64,000 nt of DNA from a virus, in IMG/VR virus record IMGVR_UViG_3300028629_000007, one strand, 5' to 3'. Under the pieces are notes generated by a model. The model worked only from the letters and a program-made list of their open reading frames with translations, did not search any database and was not told the DNA's origin. A program made the translations under genes and the position numbers. How positions within the stretch are numbered: the first letter of the stretch is position 1; every line of letters starts with the position of its first letter. Positions 8,752 through 18,020 of the stretch are shown one piece after another.

Positions 8752-9545
8752 ATGTTTTTACTTTTTAGGTATTTGTCAGAGTGACTTCCAACAAGAACCC
8801 AATTTCCAGACCTACCAGATTTTAGTGACATTTCACTTCTACATAAATGGTATTTTCTCGCCAGTTCACTTACACATCCAGATTCCTGTTCACCTGTCGC
8901 AATATTTCTAATCGTAGCTAACTTTGCGTTTTTAATAGACAATCCCTTACACAACTCTTTATCTCTCGGTATTGATGGCATTGTAACATCAATTCCGTCC
9001 TTTGTTGTCAACCGAACCATTCTCCAATCTTTCGACTTTCCTCTCGCACTCATATGCTTGTAGTTAAAATAATATTGCTTAGCCAATACCTTCATACATC
9101 CACTTACAATTTCATTAGTTTTAATATTTCTTATGGTGGTTATAAGCGCATTAGGGTGTGATATTCCTGCCTGTTTTCCTTTTCGGCTTATACTCCATTT
9201 TCTTTTGGTTTCCTCATTATGTTTTCCATGGGAACCACCTTCCATTAAATTAAACCCACACCTTTTGTCTCGACACTTATATTTTTTGATATAGTATCTT
9301 TCCATTATATCCAGTCTCTTTTTGCTATATGCCTTACATATTACTGCGAAATCAAAAGAATCAATTCCATACTTTTTTATTGCTCTGTTTAGGTGCGTTC
9401 GATTGCCTCCTAAAGAACATACGTACTCTCGTCTATAATACTGGTATGGATCTTGTGTAGTTTGTCCAAAATACTTCCTATTGTCTTTTTTCAGAGTTAG
9501 ACAATAGATATAACCATATACAGGTTTTATAATGTTTTCATTCAT
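8748..9545 (-). CDS. Free-standing GIY-YIG homing endonuclease
   Basis: GYIYCL..KYFGQT; E..YIKKY; N...GG; duplicated C-terminal DNA-binding module. Confidence 0.9.
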   Translation of the reverse strand: MNENIIKPVYGYIYCLTLKKDNRKYFGQTTQDPYQYYRREYVCSLGGNRTHLNRAIKKYGIDSFDFAVICKAYSKKRLDIMERYYIKKYKCRDKRCGFNLMEGGSHGKHNEETKRKWSISRKGKQAGISHPNALITTIRNIKTNEIVSGCMKVLAKQYYFNYKHMSARGKSKDWRMVRLTTKDGIDVTMPSIPRDKELCKGLSIKNAKLATIRNIATGEQESGCVSELARKYHLCRSEMSLKSGRSGNWVLVGSHSDKYLKSKNI

Positions 9546-9698
9546 AATAGTTTCTCCTAATCAGAAGTAAGAACGTTGGGTTAGATCGTGGATTAGGCAC
9601 AATCAGGGGGATCAATCCTTGTCCCCAACATACTTATTTATACGTGAAACTGAATGTTTTTGTTATGAATCTCCAATTTTATTGGGGTGGATCGTAAC

Positions 9699-10331
9699 TC
9701 ATGGCTTCACAGATTCAACCTGCGTAGCAGGAATGTCTTTTTGGTCGGCAAAATACATCTCACCCGTATTGTAATCCTTCACAAGAACCGTCTCTTGGTT
9801 AAACTCTTTAGCCAAGTCGGTTGCTATATTCTCCAGTGTCTTGGAGTCAACATAAAGAATCTCGACAGATAGCGAGTTCTCGTTGAATGTCTTTCCACTC
9901 TTCGACTTGTAGACTCCACGGAAGAATCTTCCAATGGTCATACCACCGCCCCCACCAGAGTAGACCGTGTTTTTGATTCTACTAACGCTGGTTAAGCGGT
10001 TCAACAGGGTATTAGCCCACGCCTTTATCTTTCCAATAATGCCGGATCCTGCGGTTGCGTTGATGTCGGTTGACAGGGTTATAACTCCACCTTTTAGACC
10101 ATCAGGAATATTCTCGGCTCTTGCCTCCTTGATGACTTCGAGGACATTGTTGTTGGTGTCAATGGATATGGACTGAAGACGAAACTTGCTATAGACACCG
10201 TTACCCATAGTATCTTCAATCAGAGTCTTTTTGTATTCTCCATTGCCGATGATGACAACGCCGTTGACCATACGGTTGAATACTTTACTAACCTTGTTTT
10301 CCAGCGATTCTTTGAAATCTTTCATTGACAT
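9699..10331 (-). CDS. Hypothetical late protein
   Basis: ORF track, RBS GGAG. Confidence 0.75.
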   Translation of the reverse strand: MSMKDFKESLENKVSKVFNRMVNGVVIIGNGEYKKTLIEDTMGNGVYSKFRLQSISIDTNNNVLEVIKEARAENIPDGLKGGVITLSTDINATAGSGIIGKIKAWANTLLNRLTSVSRIKNTVYSGGGGGMTIGRFFRGVYKSKSGKTFNENSLSVEILYVDSKTLENIATDLAKEFNQETVLVKDYNTGEMYFADQKDIPATQVESVKP

Positions 10332-10334
10332 ATG

Positions 10335-10658
10335 TTACTCCTTGGTTCTCTTAGGTCTTTCGCCCAGAGACGCACGAATGGCTGACATTTTCATGATACC
10401 AGAGTCAACGTCGTAGTCAAATTTCAGCCCCAGCGGCTCCTTGGAGTCACGAACATACTTAATGGGCTGTAGGAGCATCTTAACCGTGTTATTCCTCATG
10501 CGGAAAAACATCTTGGGGTCATTTACTGGATTTTCAGATTCAAGGACCGCCTCATATTTAGAGAAGAGTGTCTCCAGTACCTTCTCAGCGACGGTAGTAA
10601 CCTGTCCAACTGTGACAGTTGGTTGAAGCGTGATAGTAGCAGTAAGATGGTCTTCCAT
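10335..10658 (-). CDS. Hypothetical late protein
   Basis: CATAAATA at 10680-10687, RBS AAGGA. Confidence 0.75.
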   Translation of the reverse strand: MEDHLTATITLQPTVTVGQVTTVAEKVLETLFSKYEAVLESENPVNDPKMFFRMRNNTVKMLLQPIKYVRDSKEPLGLKFDYDVDSGIMKMSAIRASLGERPKRTKE

Positions 10659-10682
10659 GTGGTCCTTATGAGTAACTTATAT

Positions 10683-10937
10683 TTATGCTCGGGCGTTGGC
10701 TTCAATCTCACCACAGACATACATGAGCATATGGACGATAGCTGAAAGTTTAACCATTTTGTACTTCTGACAGAGTTCCTTGTCTGGATCTAATGCGAGA
10801 ATAGCATCGGAGCGAGTGTATAACACAGCATCACCGAAGGTGCCAGCATAGAAGTTGTCTTCATAGTGAGCATAGAAGGTGCCGGAATCAGTCTTATCTT
10901 GTAAGACATACATATCAGCGATGGTGTTGCGGCTCAC
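10683..10937 (-). CDS. Hypothetical protein
   Basis: ORF track, coupled. Confidence 0.7.
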   Translation of the reverse strand: MSRNTIADMYVLQDKTDSGTFYAHYEDNFYAGTFGDAVLYTRSDAILALDPDKELCQKYKMVKLSAIVHMLMYVCGEIEANARA

Positions 10938-11137
10938 TTTAGCTCCTGAATGGTCTTGACAATGCCGATTGCTTCAACAAGAACATCTCGTTGATGCTTG
11001 ACAGCACGATACTCGTCTCGTAAAGTCTCAAGCTCCTTGAACATACAGAGCGGGCATATCACGGGATGCCCCGTTGGGTTCTCGTATTCAAAGTCAAGGT
11101 CATGGATGTTGCAGTGAAATTTCATGTGATTCCTCAA
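10934..11137 (-). CDS. Small zinc-ribbon/coiled-coil protein
   Basis: C..H..CPLC then coiled coil. Confidence 0.7.
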   Translation of the reverse strand: MRNHMKFHCNIHDLDFEYENPTGHPVICPLCMFKELETLRDEYRAVKHQRDVLVEAIGIVKTIQELK

Positions 11138-11331
11138 GCCTTCGTGACTTCGGCGTAGATATAGGTTTCTGGTACAGGACCAACGAAGTCCCTTTGGCAG
11201 TTGACGGCGCGGGCTGCTTCGATAGCCTCCTGCTCATCATCGTAAAACGAGACATCCAGAATTTCCTGACTCCGGAATCTATCGGATTCCCTGACAGTGA
11301 CTTTCCAGAGTTTATCGGTGGTAATCTTCAT
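11134..11331 (-). CDS. Hypothetical protein
   Basis: Early promoter and RBS upstream. Confidence 0.75.
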   Translation of the reverse strand: MKITTDKLWKVTVRESDRFRSQEILDVSFYDDEQEAIEAARAVNCQRDFVGPVPETYIYAEVTKA

Positions 11332-11372
11332 ATAGTTCCTTATGCTACTATCTTACAGAAAGGGAAGAGAAG

Positions 11373-11690
11373 TCAAGCACCTTTCCAGCCACCACCATAT
11401 TTCTTCTGCCAGTAGTCAGGATTCATGAACTCCTTGTGTCGCTTTACCATGGCTTCCCATTCTTTCTTCGTCATGGACGCCTCCTGAACAGCTTCAGTGG
11501 CTTCACCACACTCATCGAATACTTCACAGCCATGACAGCCCTTTGCCCAGGCACTTTCATTGCCCTGTGGGAGACTTCCCCAGCAGTCGGGGCACTTGTC
11601 GATGGTGTAGTGGCGTGTAATCGGCTTGAAATTCTTGACAGCGGCTTTCTGTGCCTTCTTCCAACGCTTATAGTATGCCGATTCGCTCAT
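11373..11690 (-). CDS. Cys-rich hypothetical protein
   Basis: ATGA overlap with upstream gene; CPDC..CHGC..C. Confidence 0.7.
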   Translation of the reverse strand: MSESAYYKRWKKAQKAAVKNFKPITRHYTIDKCPDCWGSLPQGNESAWAKGCHGCEVFDECGEATEAVQEASMTKKEWEAMVKRHKEFMNPDYWQKKYGGGWKGA

Positions 11691-12031
11691 GGCGTAACCT
11701 TGCCAGCATGCTTTCGGGCAACCTTCGCAACCCACTTGAAGATGCCAGATTGAGCCAGCGCATACTCTTCGACGGTGAAGCCATCGTTGCAGCCGCCGCT
11801 CGCCCAGTTGATGCTGTCGGTTGCCTTACCATTCCATTCCTCACGGTAGTCCAGCGTAGCGATGTCGGACGACCAGTGACAGGACGAACCGAACTTATAA
11901 CTGATGCGAGTGACCTTCTTTCCCCTGCGATACACGCAGCGGAACATGGTCAGTGTGATACGGTCGTTCAGCTTCTTGGTGAATTTCTTTTCGGTCCAAG
12001 TGTCGAGAACTTCTGGTGCAGGCTTGCTCAT
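11687..12031 (-). CDS. Hypothetical protein
   Basis: Promoter TTGACT-N15-TATGAT at 12052-12078; RBS AAGGA. Confidence 0.75.
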   Translation of the reverse strand: MSKPAPEVLDTWTEKKFTKKLNDRITLTMFRCVYRRGKKVTRISYKFGSSCHWSSDIATLDYREEWNGKATDSINWASGGCNDGFTVEEYALAQSGIFKWVAKVARKHAGKVTP

Positions 12032-12096
12032 AGTGGTTTCCTTATAGCCCTATCATATGGACAGGGAAGAGAAGTCAAGTGTTACTTTGCGAGTAA

Positions 12097-13389
12097 TTAA
12101 CGAACAGGAGCAGATGCTCCTAATACTATAACCATCCTTGGCTCACGACTCAAACGATATGCAGCGTCCCTCCTGCTTTGCTCAGCCCTAGCTTTTGATT
12201 CGGCTTGCCGGGCGAGTGCTTGGCGACGAGAATTTTCTTTTTCGTTCTCAATTCGACTCTTTTCTTCTGGGCTATTAATTCTAGCAACATATGCATTCCA
12301 ACTATTGAGTTTCTTTCTAGTCACCACAAGCGCACCATTGAATTCTTTAGTCTTATCCTCATACTCCTTATATTCCTTCATAGCATAAACATCCTTCAAG
12401 TATTCCGCCGGGAGTTGGGTAATGTTTTTCTGAATTGCATCAATGAGGAATTGAATGTTAAGATTATCGTCTTCAAAAGTTCGAGGGATATTATACATAT
12501 CATAAGGAGCAAGTGCAAGATTGATTTCTTTTATAGTAGCAAGCATAAGTGCCTTGGTATCAATAGAGAGTGCATACAGCCTATCTTGCTCTTTTTGAAA
12601 TTCCTTTTCTTTTTCCTCTTGCATACGAAGAGTATCTTGTTGAATTTTCAATTCAGTTTCTTTATTCTTAATGGCAGCATCAGCTTCTTGCTGTTTCCTC
12701 TTGTTTTCGTTAATAAGAATTTGTTGGGCGGTTTGCTCCCGAATGATTTTTTCCTCTGCCTCTGCCTTGGCATAAATCTCACGAATTCTAACATCAGCTT
12801 CAGATGCACGCATTCTCTGTGTCTCTCGTTCTTTCGCTTGTTTTAGACCAGAGAGATATTCCACAATAGCATTCCTATTGGAGTCAATACACAAGGCAAC
12901 ACTTTCCCATTCATTACTGATATTCTTGCCCTTAAGTGACTTAACATTACAAAACTTATATGGGGTTTCTTTACTAATGAGAATTGTGTCATATGCAATG
13001 AAAGGCAATTCATTTCCGGCAACAATGGAGTCTTTAGAAAGAGCAATTGCCTTAAATTCTTGTATATTTCCACTATCCTTGTCACCAACCCAATACTTAA
13101 TGATATAGATATGGTCAAGGTTTTTGGTGAACCCAATTTCTTCAACAACCCTTCCGGGCTTCGGCATTCTCTTGCTACGAAGAGCATCTTCAAAGAGAGC
13201 AATATCCTTATCAAGATTACCAGTAGGTGTGACCAACATATAGGAACTTGGAGCAACCAATTCCACGATATCCTTTATGGCTGCTTTATTTTCCCTATAT
13301 TCGTTGATATATCTAACAATAATAAGTCCAGCAATAATACCTGCAATAGAAAAAGAAACAAGACCTATTATGTATTTGGTTTTAGTCAT
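12097..13389 (-). CDS. Membrane-anchored long coiled-coil protein
   Basis: Start reassigned to MTKTKYIIG after promoter 13415-13442; N-terminal TM helix. Confidence 0.75.
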   Translation of the reverse strand: MTKTKYIIGLVSFSIAGIIAGLIIVRYINEYRENKAAIKDIVELVAPSSYMLVTPTGNLDKDIALFEDALRSKRMPKPGRVVEEIGFTKNLDHIYIIKYWVGDKDSGNIQEFKAIALSKDSIVAGNELPFIAYDTILISKETPYKFCNVKSLKGKNISNEWESVALCIDSNRNAIVEYLSGLKQAKERETQRMRASEADVRIREIYAKAEAEEKIIREQTAQQILINENKRKQQEADAAIKNKETELKIQQDTLRMQEEKEKEFQKEQDRLYALSIDTKALMLATIKEINLALAPYDMYNIPRTFEDDNLNIQFLIDAIQKNITQLPAEYLKDVYAMKEYKEYEDKTKEFNGALVVTRKKLNSWNAYVARINSPEEKSRIENEKENSRRQALARQAESKARAEQSRRDAAYRLSREPRMVIVLGASAPVR

Positions 13390-13438
13390 TTTAATTTTCC
13401 TTATGAAGAATAATATCATACCTATCGGGGAAGAGAAG

Positions 13439-13732
13439 TCAAGGAGTCTTTTTGAAGTTTCTGTTGGTTTTCTTTTCAGCAACACTAATGAACTTACTGA
13501 GGATGTCAAATTCTTCTTTTGTAAGATAGCTACTTTCTGTGGTAAAGTAAAGCTTCCCATGAACATTACAGGATAGAAATATTGTCCCTGATAGTAGAAT
13601 CGAATCTTTGGCATTGGGGTCTATATAGGTATATCTTCTCACAATGTCAAAAGCATTTTCATAGGCTTCTATCTTGTTACGGAGTAGCTCGTTTTCAGCT
13701 TCAATGGACTTGATGTAGGCTTGGGTGGTCAC
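13439..13732 (-). CDS. Coiled-coil-leader family A protein
   Basis: AYIKSIEAENELLR. Confidence 0.75.
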   Translation of the reverse strand: MTTQAYIKSIEAENELLRNKIEAYENAFDIVRRYTYIDPNAKDSILLSGTIFLSCNVHGKLYFTTESSYLTKEEFDILSKFISVAEKKTNRNFKKTP

Positions 13733-13941
13733 TTTTGTTTCATTTTCTCTATGGTTTCTTCAAGCTGCTGAATGCGGGCTTTTTGGAGGGCTATAATCTC
13801 ATCTTTGCTGTTGTCGAGTTCATCGACAACGACGGTGCCAGTTGGAAGCTGGCGAGCGCCTGGGATCTTGCCCGACTTGAAGTGATTCCAGGCGGTCTTA
13901 TAGGATATAGAGTTTCTTATGGCGTATTCAGAGAGTTTCAT
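13729..13941 (-). CDS. IS607 TnpA-like MerR HTH fused to a short coiled coil, no resolvase domain
   Basis: MKLSEYA..ISYKTAWNHFKSGKIPGARQLPTGTVVV. Confidence 0.75.
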   Translation of the reverse strand: MKLSEYAIRNSISYKTAWNHFKSGKIPGARQLPTGTVVVDELDNSKDEIIALQKARIQQLEETIEKMKQK

Positions 13942-13942
13942 A

Positions 13943-14959
13943 TTATTTGACTTTCACATAAAAAATATATTCTTTGTTTCTTGTATGACTTACTTTACCG
14001 ACTTTCTCACCGCTTGGATTATAGATCCCTATTTGAGCGCCAACATATCTCTTGAAGTCTTCCTCAACTACAATAACTTCTCCATATTTTGTAAGAGCCT
14101 TTACCATGTCATCTCTTGTTATATACCCCTCGTTATTGAATGACACAATCATTAGTTTACATTTTATATTGTCACATGTCTTGATAAAACTATCTAAGAT
14201 ATGAGTTTTGCTATTGAATCCTGATTTTCTTTCTTTACAATCAATTCTCTTATTTGCTATTCCGTAGGTTTCTGGTTTATCCCACATAACCAAGGATTCC
14301 CACATATGATAGTTTCCGAGATATGAATGTTGGTTATAGGGCGGATCAAGATAAGCAATATCTACTTCACCTACTTTAGTTCCTATGTCAGCAGCATCGC
14401 CAATAAAAGCCTTTCCAAGTCCATGCGGACTGACATCTACAAGATCCGGAATAGTTAGCAGTAAGTCGTTGTTGGCACGAGTAGCCCACTTCTTTAGATA
14501 CGCCATTTGGACACCACAAGTAGAATCTACACGATCTGCCGCTAACATCAACGAGGTTATAAGAATACTTTTCAGTGGTTCTGGATAGTTTTGTATTTCA
14601 ATATACTCGCGAATTGAATCTACTTTCCCACCATTTTTGGGGTGAATAAATCTTGACTTTATTGAGTAATTATCGAAGAACCACCCATTCTTTGGCTCTA
14701 ATGTATTTAGTGTCTTTATTTCCTTTTCAGCTTCAGCGAGATACTTATCTCTGTCGCCTTCGATATAACACTTGGCTATAGTATATGCATAGGTGTTTAG
14801 GTCATTTGCATAAACAAGAAATCCCTTCTTCTTGAAGAAATGTCCTACTCTCGAAGTTCCAGAGAATACATCAAGGAAGGATTTGTATCTATCAATTTCT
14901 TCGATGTTTTGGTATATGACATCAAGCAGTTTCTTTTTTGATCCGAGGTATTTTATCAT
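13943..14959 (-). CDS. DNA adenine methyltransferase (D12/FokI-like)
   Basis: YLGSKKKL; FLDVFSGT; YLDPPY. Confidence 0.9.
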   Translation of the reverse strand: MIKYLGSKKKLLDVIYQNIEEIDRYKSFLDVFSGTSRVGHFFKKKGFLVYANDLNTYAYTIAKCYIEGDRDKYLAEAEKEIKTLNTLEPKNGWFFDNYSIKSRFIHPKNGGKVDSIREYIEIQNYPEPLKSILITSLMLAADRVDSTCGVQMAYLKKWATRANNDLLLTIPDLVDVSPHGLGKAFIGDAADIGTKVGEVDIAYLDPPYNQHSYLGNYHMWESLVMWDKPETYGIANKRIDCKERKSGFNSKTHILDSFIKTCDNIKCKLMIVSFNNEGYITRDDMVKALTKYGEVIVVEEDFKRYVGAQIGIYNPSGEKVGKVSHTRNKEYIFYVKVK

Positions 14960-15602
14960 CCAATCTCCTTTATTATGTTTTTATCTATGCAATATCTAAC
15001 CATACTATCAACAACAGAAACAAGATTAGATTTTAGTCTTTGTATCTCACTAGCATCGTTCATATAGTAGAAATATTTCCGTCGATCAGAGTCCAAGTTC
15101 TTATACAAAAAGGAGAGTGCTTGTGGTGGACATGCAATACATCCAAATACTGGCTTCTCATATCCCACCGGCATATAGGAAGAAATATCTCCGTGCTTCT
15201 CTATTAGTCTTTCTATCCATAAGAAATAACCTACTCGAAGTAATCTTTCAGGTCCACCATTACACTTTGATTTCTGATCAACATCTTCTACTCTAATAGG
15301 AAGAAGGGTGTTGTCTTTATACAAAAAAGCATCTGGGCAGATTTTTGGGGGAGATTTATATTTTACAAAACTAGGAAGTCCGTCTATAGTGAACCAGTCG
15401 TTGCCAGGATGCTTCTTTTTTTACGCAAAACCTCAATAGTAGGCAACCATCCCTGGATCATGTCTCGGACTGCTTGTTCCTTAGCATCTGCCCTTTCTCT
15501 AACTGCCTTGTCGCCCGTTGAGTTAGTTGCATTATGCTGGTAATTTTCGCTCATCTTCACTATCCTTTCAGGGATATTCATATACTTCGACATAACTACC
15601 AT
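14956..15602 (-). CDS. Hypothetical late protein, apparently one gene broken by a -1 frameshift at an A7 run (15416-15422)
   Basis: The -1 frame is open from the run into ORF 14956-15324, whose TTG start has no RBS. Confidence 0.55.
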
Positions 15603-15705
15603 AGGGGACTCTCCTATAATGTATTTATATCAGATATAAGTATATTTTAGTATATTTTATGAATAAATCAATACCCTACTTCCAGCCCACTCCCAAGTGT
15701 ATCAC

Positions 15706-15921
15706 TCACTCCCCATTCCACTCATCCATTCTACATCTCCCCTGTTGCTTATAAGCCCCTCTCAGATCCTTTCCATGGACTCTAATAGACCACATATTCT
15801 CGGGATCATAACCAGCCATAGTTGTCCCGAAAGTCAATGTATAGTGTATCAATAATCCCATGTCAAGCTTATAGTAGCATCCACCAACAGGATCGTATAA
15901 CTTACTTACCTTCAAGCCCAT
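15706..15921 (-). CDS. Small basic family C protein, paralogue of 20947-21174
   Basis: RVHGKDLRGAYKQQGR..WNGE. Confidence 0.8.
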   Translation of the reverse strand: MGLKVSKLYDPVGGCYYKLDMGLLIHYTLTFGTTMAGYDPENMWSIRVHGKDLRGAYKQQGRCRMDEWNGE

Positions 15922-15924
15922 GGT

Positions 15925-16181
15925 TCACCACCACAGGTGCGGTGCCCACTCGCCAAACAGCTTCAGTGCCTTCTGCGCCTGGGCATGTTTCTTTTTGTCG
16001 TAACCATACCAGTCGTCGCTTGCCATAAACTCGAAGCCCACAAGCATCTCTTCCAGTATCTCCTTCCACTTCTTCTCGGTCAAGTCTCCAGGGAAGCCGT
16101 TGTGAAGCTCAATGAACCTACGGAGTCGCGGAGAAGTTCATTCTCAGCTTCGATGGATTTGATGTAGAGAGCGTCGGTCAC
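15925..16181 (-). pseudogene. Chimeric pseudogene: family A leader fused out of frame to the C-terminal half of a 21354-21755 paralogue
   Basis: GTG-TDALYIKSIEAENELLR then PRLRRFIELHNGFP..HLWW* in another frame; junction at about 16128. Confidence 0.8.
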
Positions 16182-16182
16182 T

Positions 16183-16503
16183 TTATTTTACTTCAAGTAT
16201 GTCTGAAGTCTTTATAATCTCTGGACAGATGACTTCAAGAACTTCTCGGAAGGTTACTTGCGACAGATCGTAGTCCTTGGGTGGAATACATACCATCTTT
16301 ATCAGTTTCTTGAACTTGTCATCTTTCCTGTCATTGGTCCATTCCCACAGGATGTAGTTGACAGTGTGCTGAAGAGCCTGCTCAGAAGACATCTTGGGGG
16401 ATCGCCCCTTTTTTATCTGGTCACGATTCTTCGGGTTGGCAACCTTGTAGTTGCCATTGATGAACTCGTTATAGACTTCGTTGAAGACTTGTTCGAGGAT
16501 CAT
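16183..16503 (-). CDS. Hypothetical protein coupled to the methylase
   Basis: ATGA overlap. Confidence 0.7.
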   Translation of the reverse strand: MILEQVFNEVYNEFINGNYKVANPKNRDQIKKGRSPKMSSEQALQHTVNYILWEWTNDRKDDKFKKLIKMVCIPPKDYDLSQVTFREVLEVICPEIIKTSDILEVK

Positions 16504-17936
16504 CCACGAATCCCATAGTAATCGGGGAGGAACTTGTAGATATAGTCCTGGGTCTTCTGGTCAATGCCAAAGTGCTTGAAGAGCTTCTCATCGTCCCAAG
16601 ACTGAGTGAAGTCGAGCCAGGGGATGAGGGACATATTTCCAAGTGAAAGATCGCAGTTGTTTTTATATAAAGAAAGACAGAAGCGAGCGAAGAAAGTCTT
16701 GCAGTATTCGTGAAAGTTATCGCGTTCGTTTTCGTTAGGAAACTGGAAAGTTGGAATTGGATTACCAGCCCTTGTCAAGTCCAAAATACGAATACCTTTA
16801 CAAGATTCATCTTGTGTATTCATTGTATAAAAATCATCTTTCACAATGGTATTAGAAACGCTATTCGCGGACATGTTGACATTTCCGCGAATAGCAGCAA
16901 ACTGACAATGTTGCTTGTTTTTATCAGCTTTATCGGTTTTCCCCAAACTATAACTCCACACATCGTTTCCGCCGCTACAATCTTTCTTCATTTTTTCCAC
17001 GAAAGGCTTGACGATAGTTTCCCAATCAGCACCAAACTTAGTAATGTTCCAAACATCAGCATCGAACTTCTGGTCGAAATACTCAACAGAACACTTGCCG
17101 TTATAGTCTCGGTCATAACTGATAATAACACATGGAACATAAAGACCAACATCGAAAGTCTTATTCCCATTGAACAAAGTAGCCGACTTCAGCTTACCTT
17201 CCAGTAGCTTCTTGATCTTGATATAACGGCTATTTCCCTTGAGGTCGATCAAATAAGTCGATGGATGAACGATGAGAACATGCTTAGCGTCCAACTTCGT
17301 AATGAACAGATCAAGGAACTTGAGGTCGATGCCCTTCTTGTACGGAGGATTCCCAACCACAACATCAAACTTGATTCCACCCCAGTAGTCAAACTCCAGA
17401 GAATCGCCAACATGGTAGTTGAAGTCGTAGTCATTTTCGTTGCCCAAACGCTGCATGGTGAAGAACACATTCTTCGCCTGGAGGTCAACGAAGTACAACA
17501 TCTTCTCAATAATGTGCTTCTTGCGAGCAGCCTCGTTGGGAATCTGATCAGCCAGTGACACCATCAAACGAGCCAGCACTTCCACAAGGAAGTTACCACC
17601 GCCGACACTGTTGTCCAGCCACTTGTAATCCTTGTGCTTCCATACATCAGCAGGAAGCTTGTCAAGCATATCACGGATAAGCTGCTTAGGAGTGAAACAC
17701 TCGCCAAACTGCTTGCGGTACATGTCACCGGGGGTCAGAATCTTGCTTACATCTTCGCCACGCTTGCGTGCCATTGATACCTCTGCTATGGGGTTATTTA
17801 TCGTTCCATTAGACATTTTATCCAGTAATCGCAAAGTAGCAACAAGTGTTTTCTTGTTACCCATATCGTAGCGACCGATAATGTCATTGACAGTAGATCC
17901 AACGACGGTTTTGCTCAAAGATGACAGACTGGACAT
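16500..17936 (-). CDS. N6-adenine DNA methyltransferase (Eco57I/TaqI-like) with C-terminal specificity region
   Basis: GECFTP; WLDNSVGGGNF; VVGNPPY; start reassigned after promoter and AGGAAAG RBS. Confidence 0.9.
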   Translation of the reverse strand: MSSLSSLSKTVVGSTVNDIIGRYDMGNKKTLVATLRLLDKMSNGTINNPIAEVSMARKRGEDVSKILTPGDMYRKQFGECFTPKQLIRDMLDKLPADVWKHKDYKWLDNSVGGGNFLVEVLARLMVSLADQIPNEAARKKHIIEKMLYFVDLQAKNVFFTMQRLGNENDYDFNYHVGDSLEFDYWGGIKFDVVVGNPPYKKGIDLKFLDLFITKLDAKHVLIVHPSTYLIDLKGNSRYIKIKKLLEGKLKSATLFNGNKTFDVGLYVPCVIISYDRDYNGKCSVEYFDQKFDADVWNITKFGADWETIVKPFVEKMKKDCSGGNDVWSYSLGKTDKADKNKQHCQFAAIRGNVNMSANSVSNTIVKDDFYTMNTQDESCKGIRILDLTRAGNPIPTFQFPNENERDNFHEYCKTFFARFCLSLYKNNCDLSLGNMSLIPWLDFTQSWDDEKLFKHFGIDQKTQDYIYKFLPDYYGIRG

Positions 17937-18020
17937 GTTTTTCTTTCCTCGGGTTATGCTATAAGTATAGGGTGTTTCTACTAACATCAAGTAGTAGCAA
18001 CCCAATTACTCGTCAGTGTC

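Noticed and set aside
10665-10677. 13-nt inverted match (AGTTACTCATAAG) to the repeats at 62974 and 63060
   Set aside because: Matches this short are expected by chance in 64 kb of AT-rich DNA
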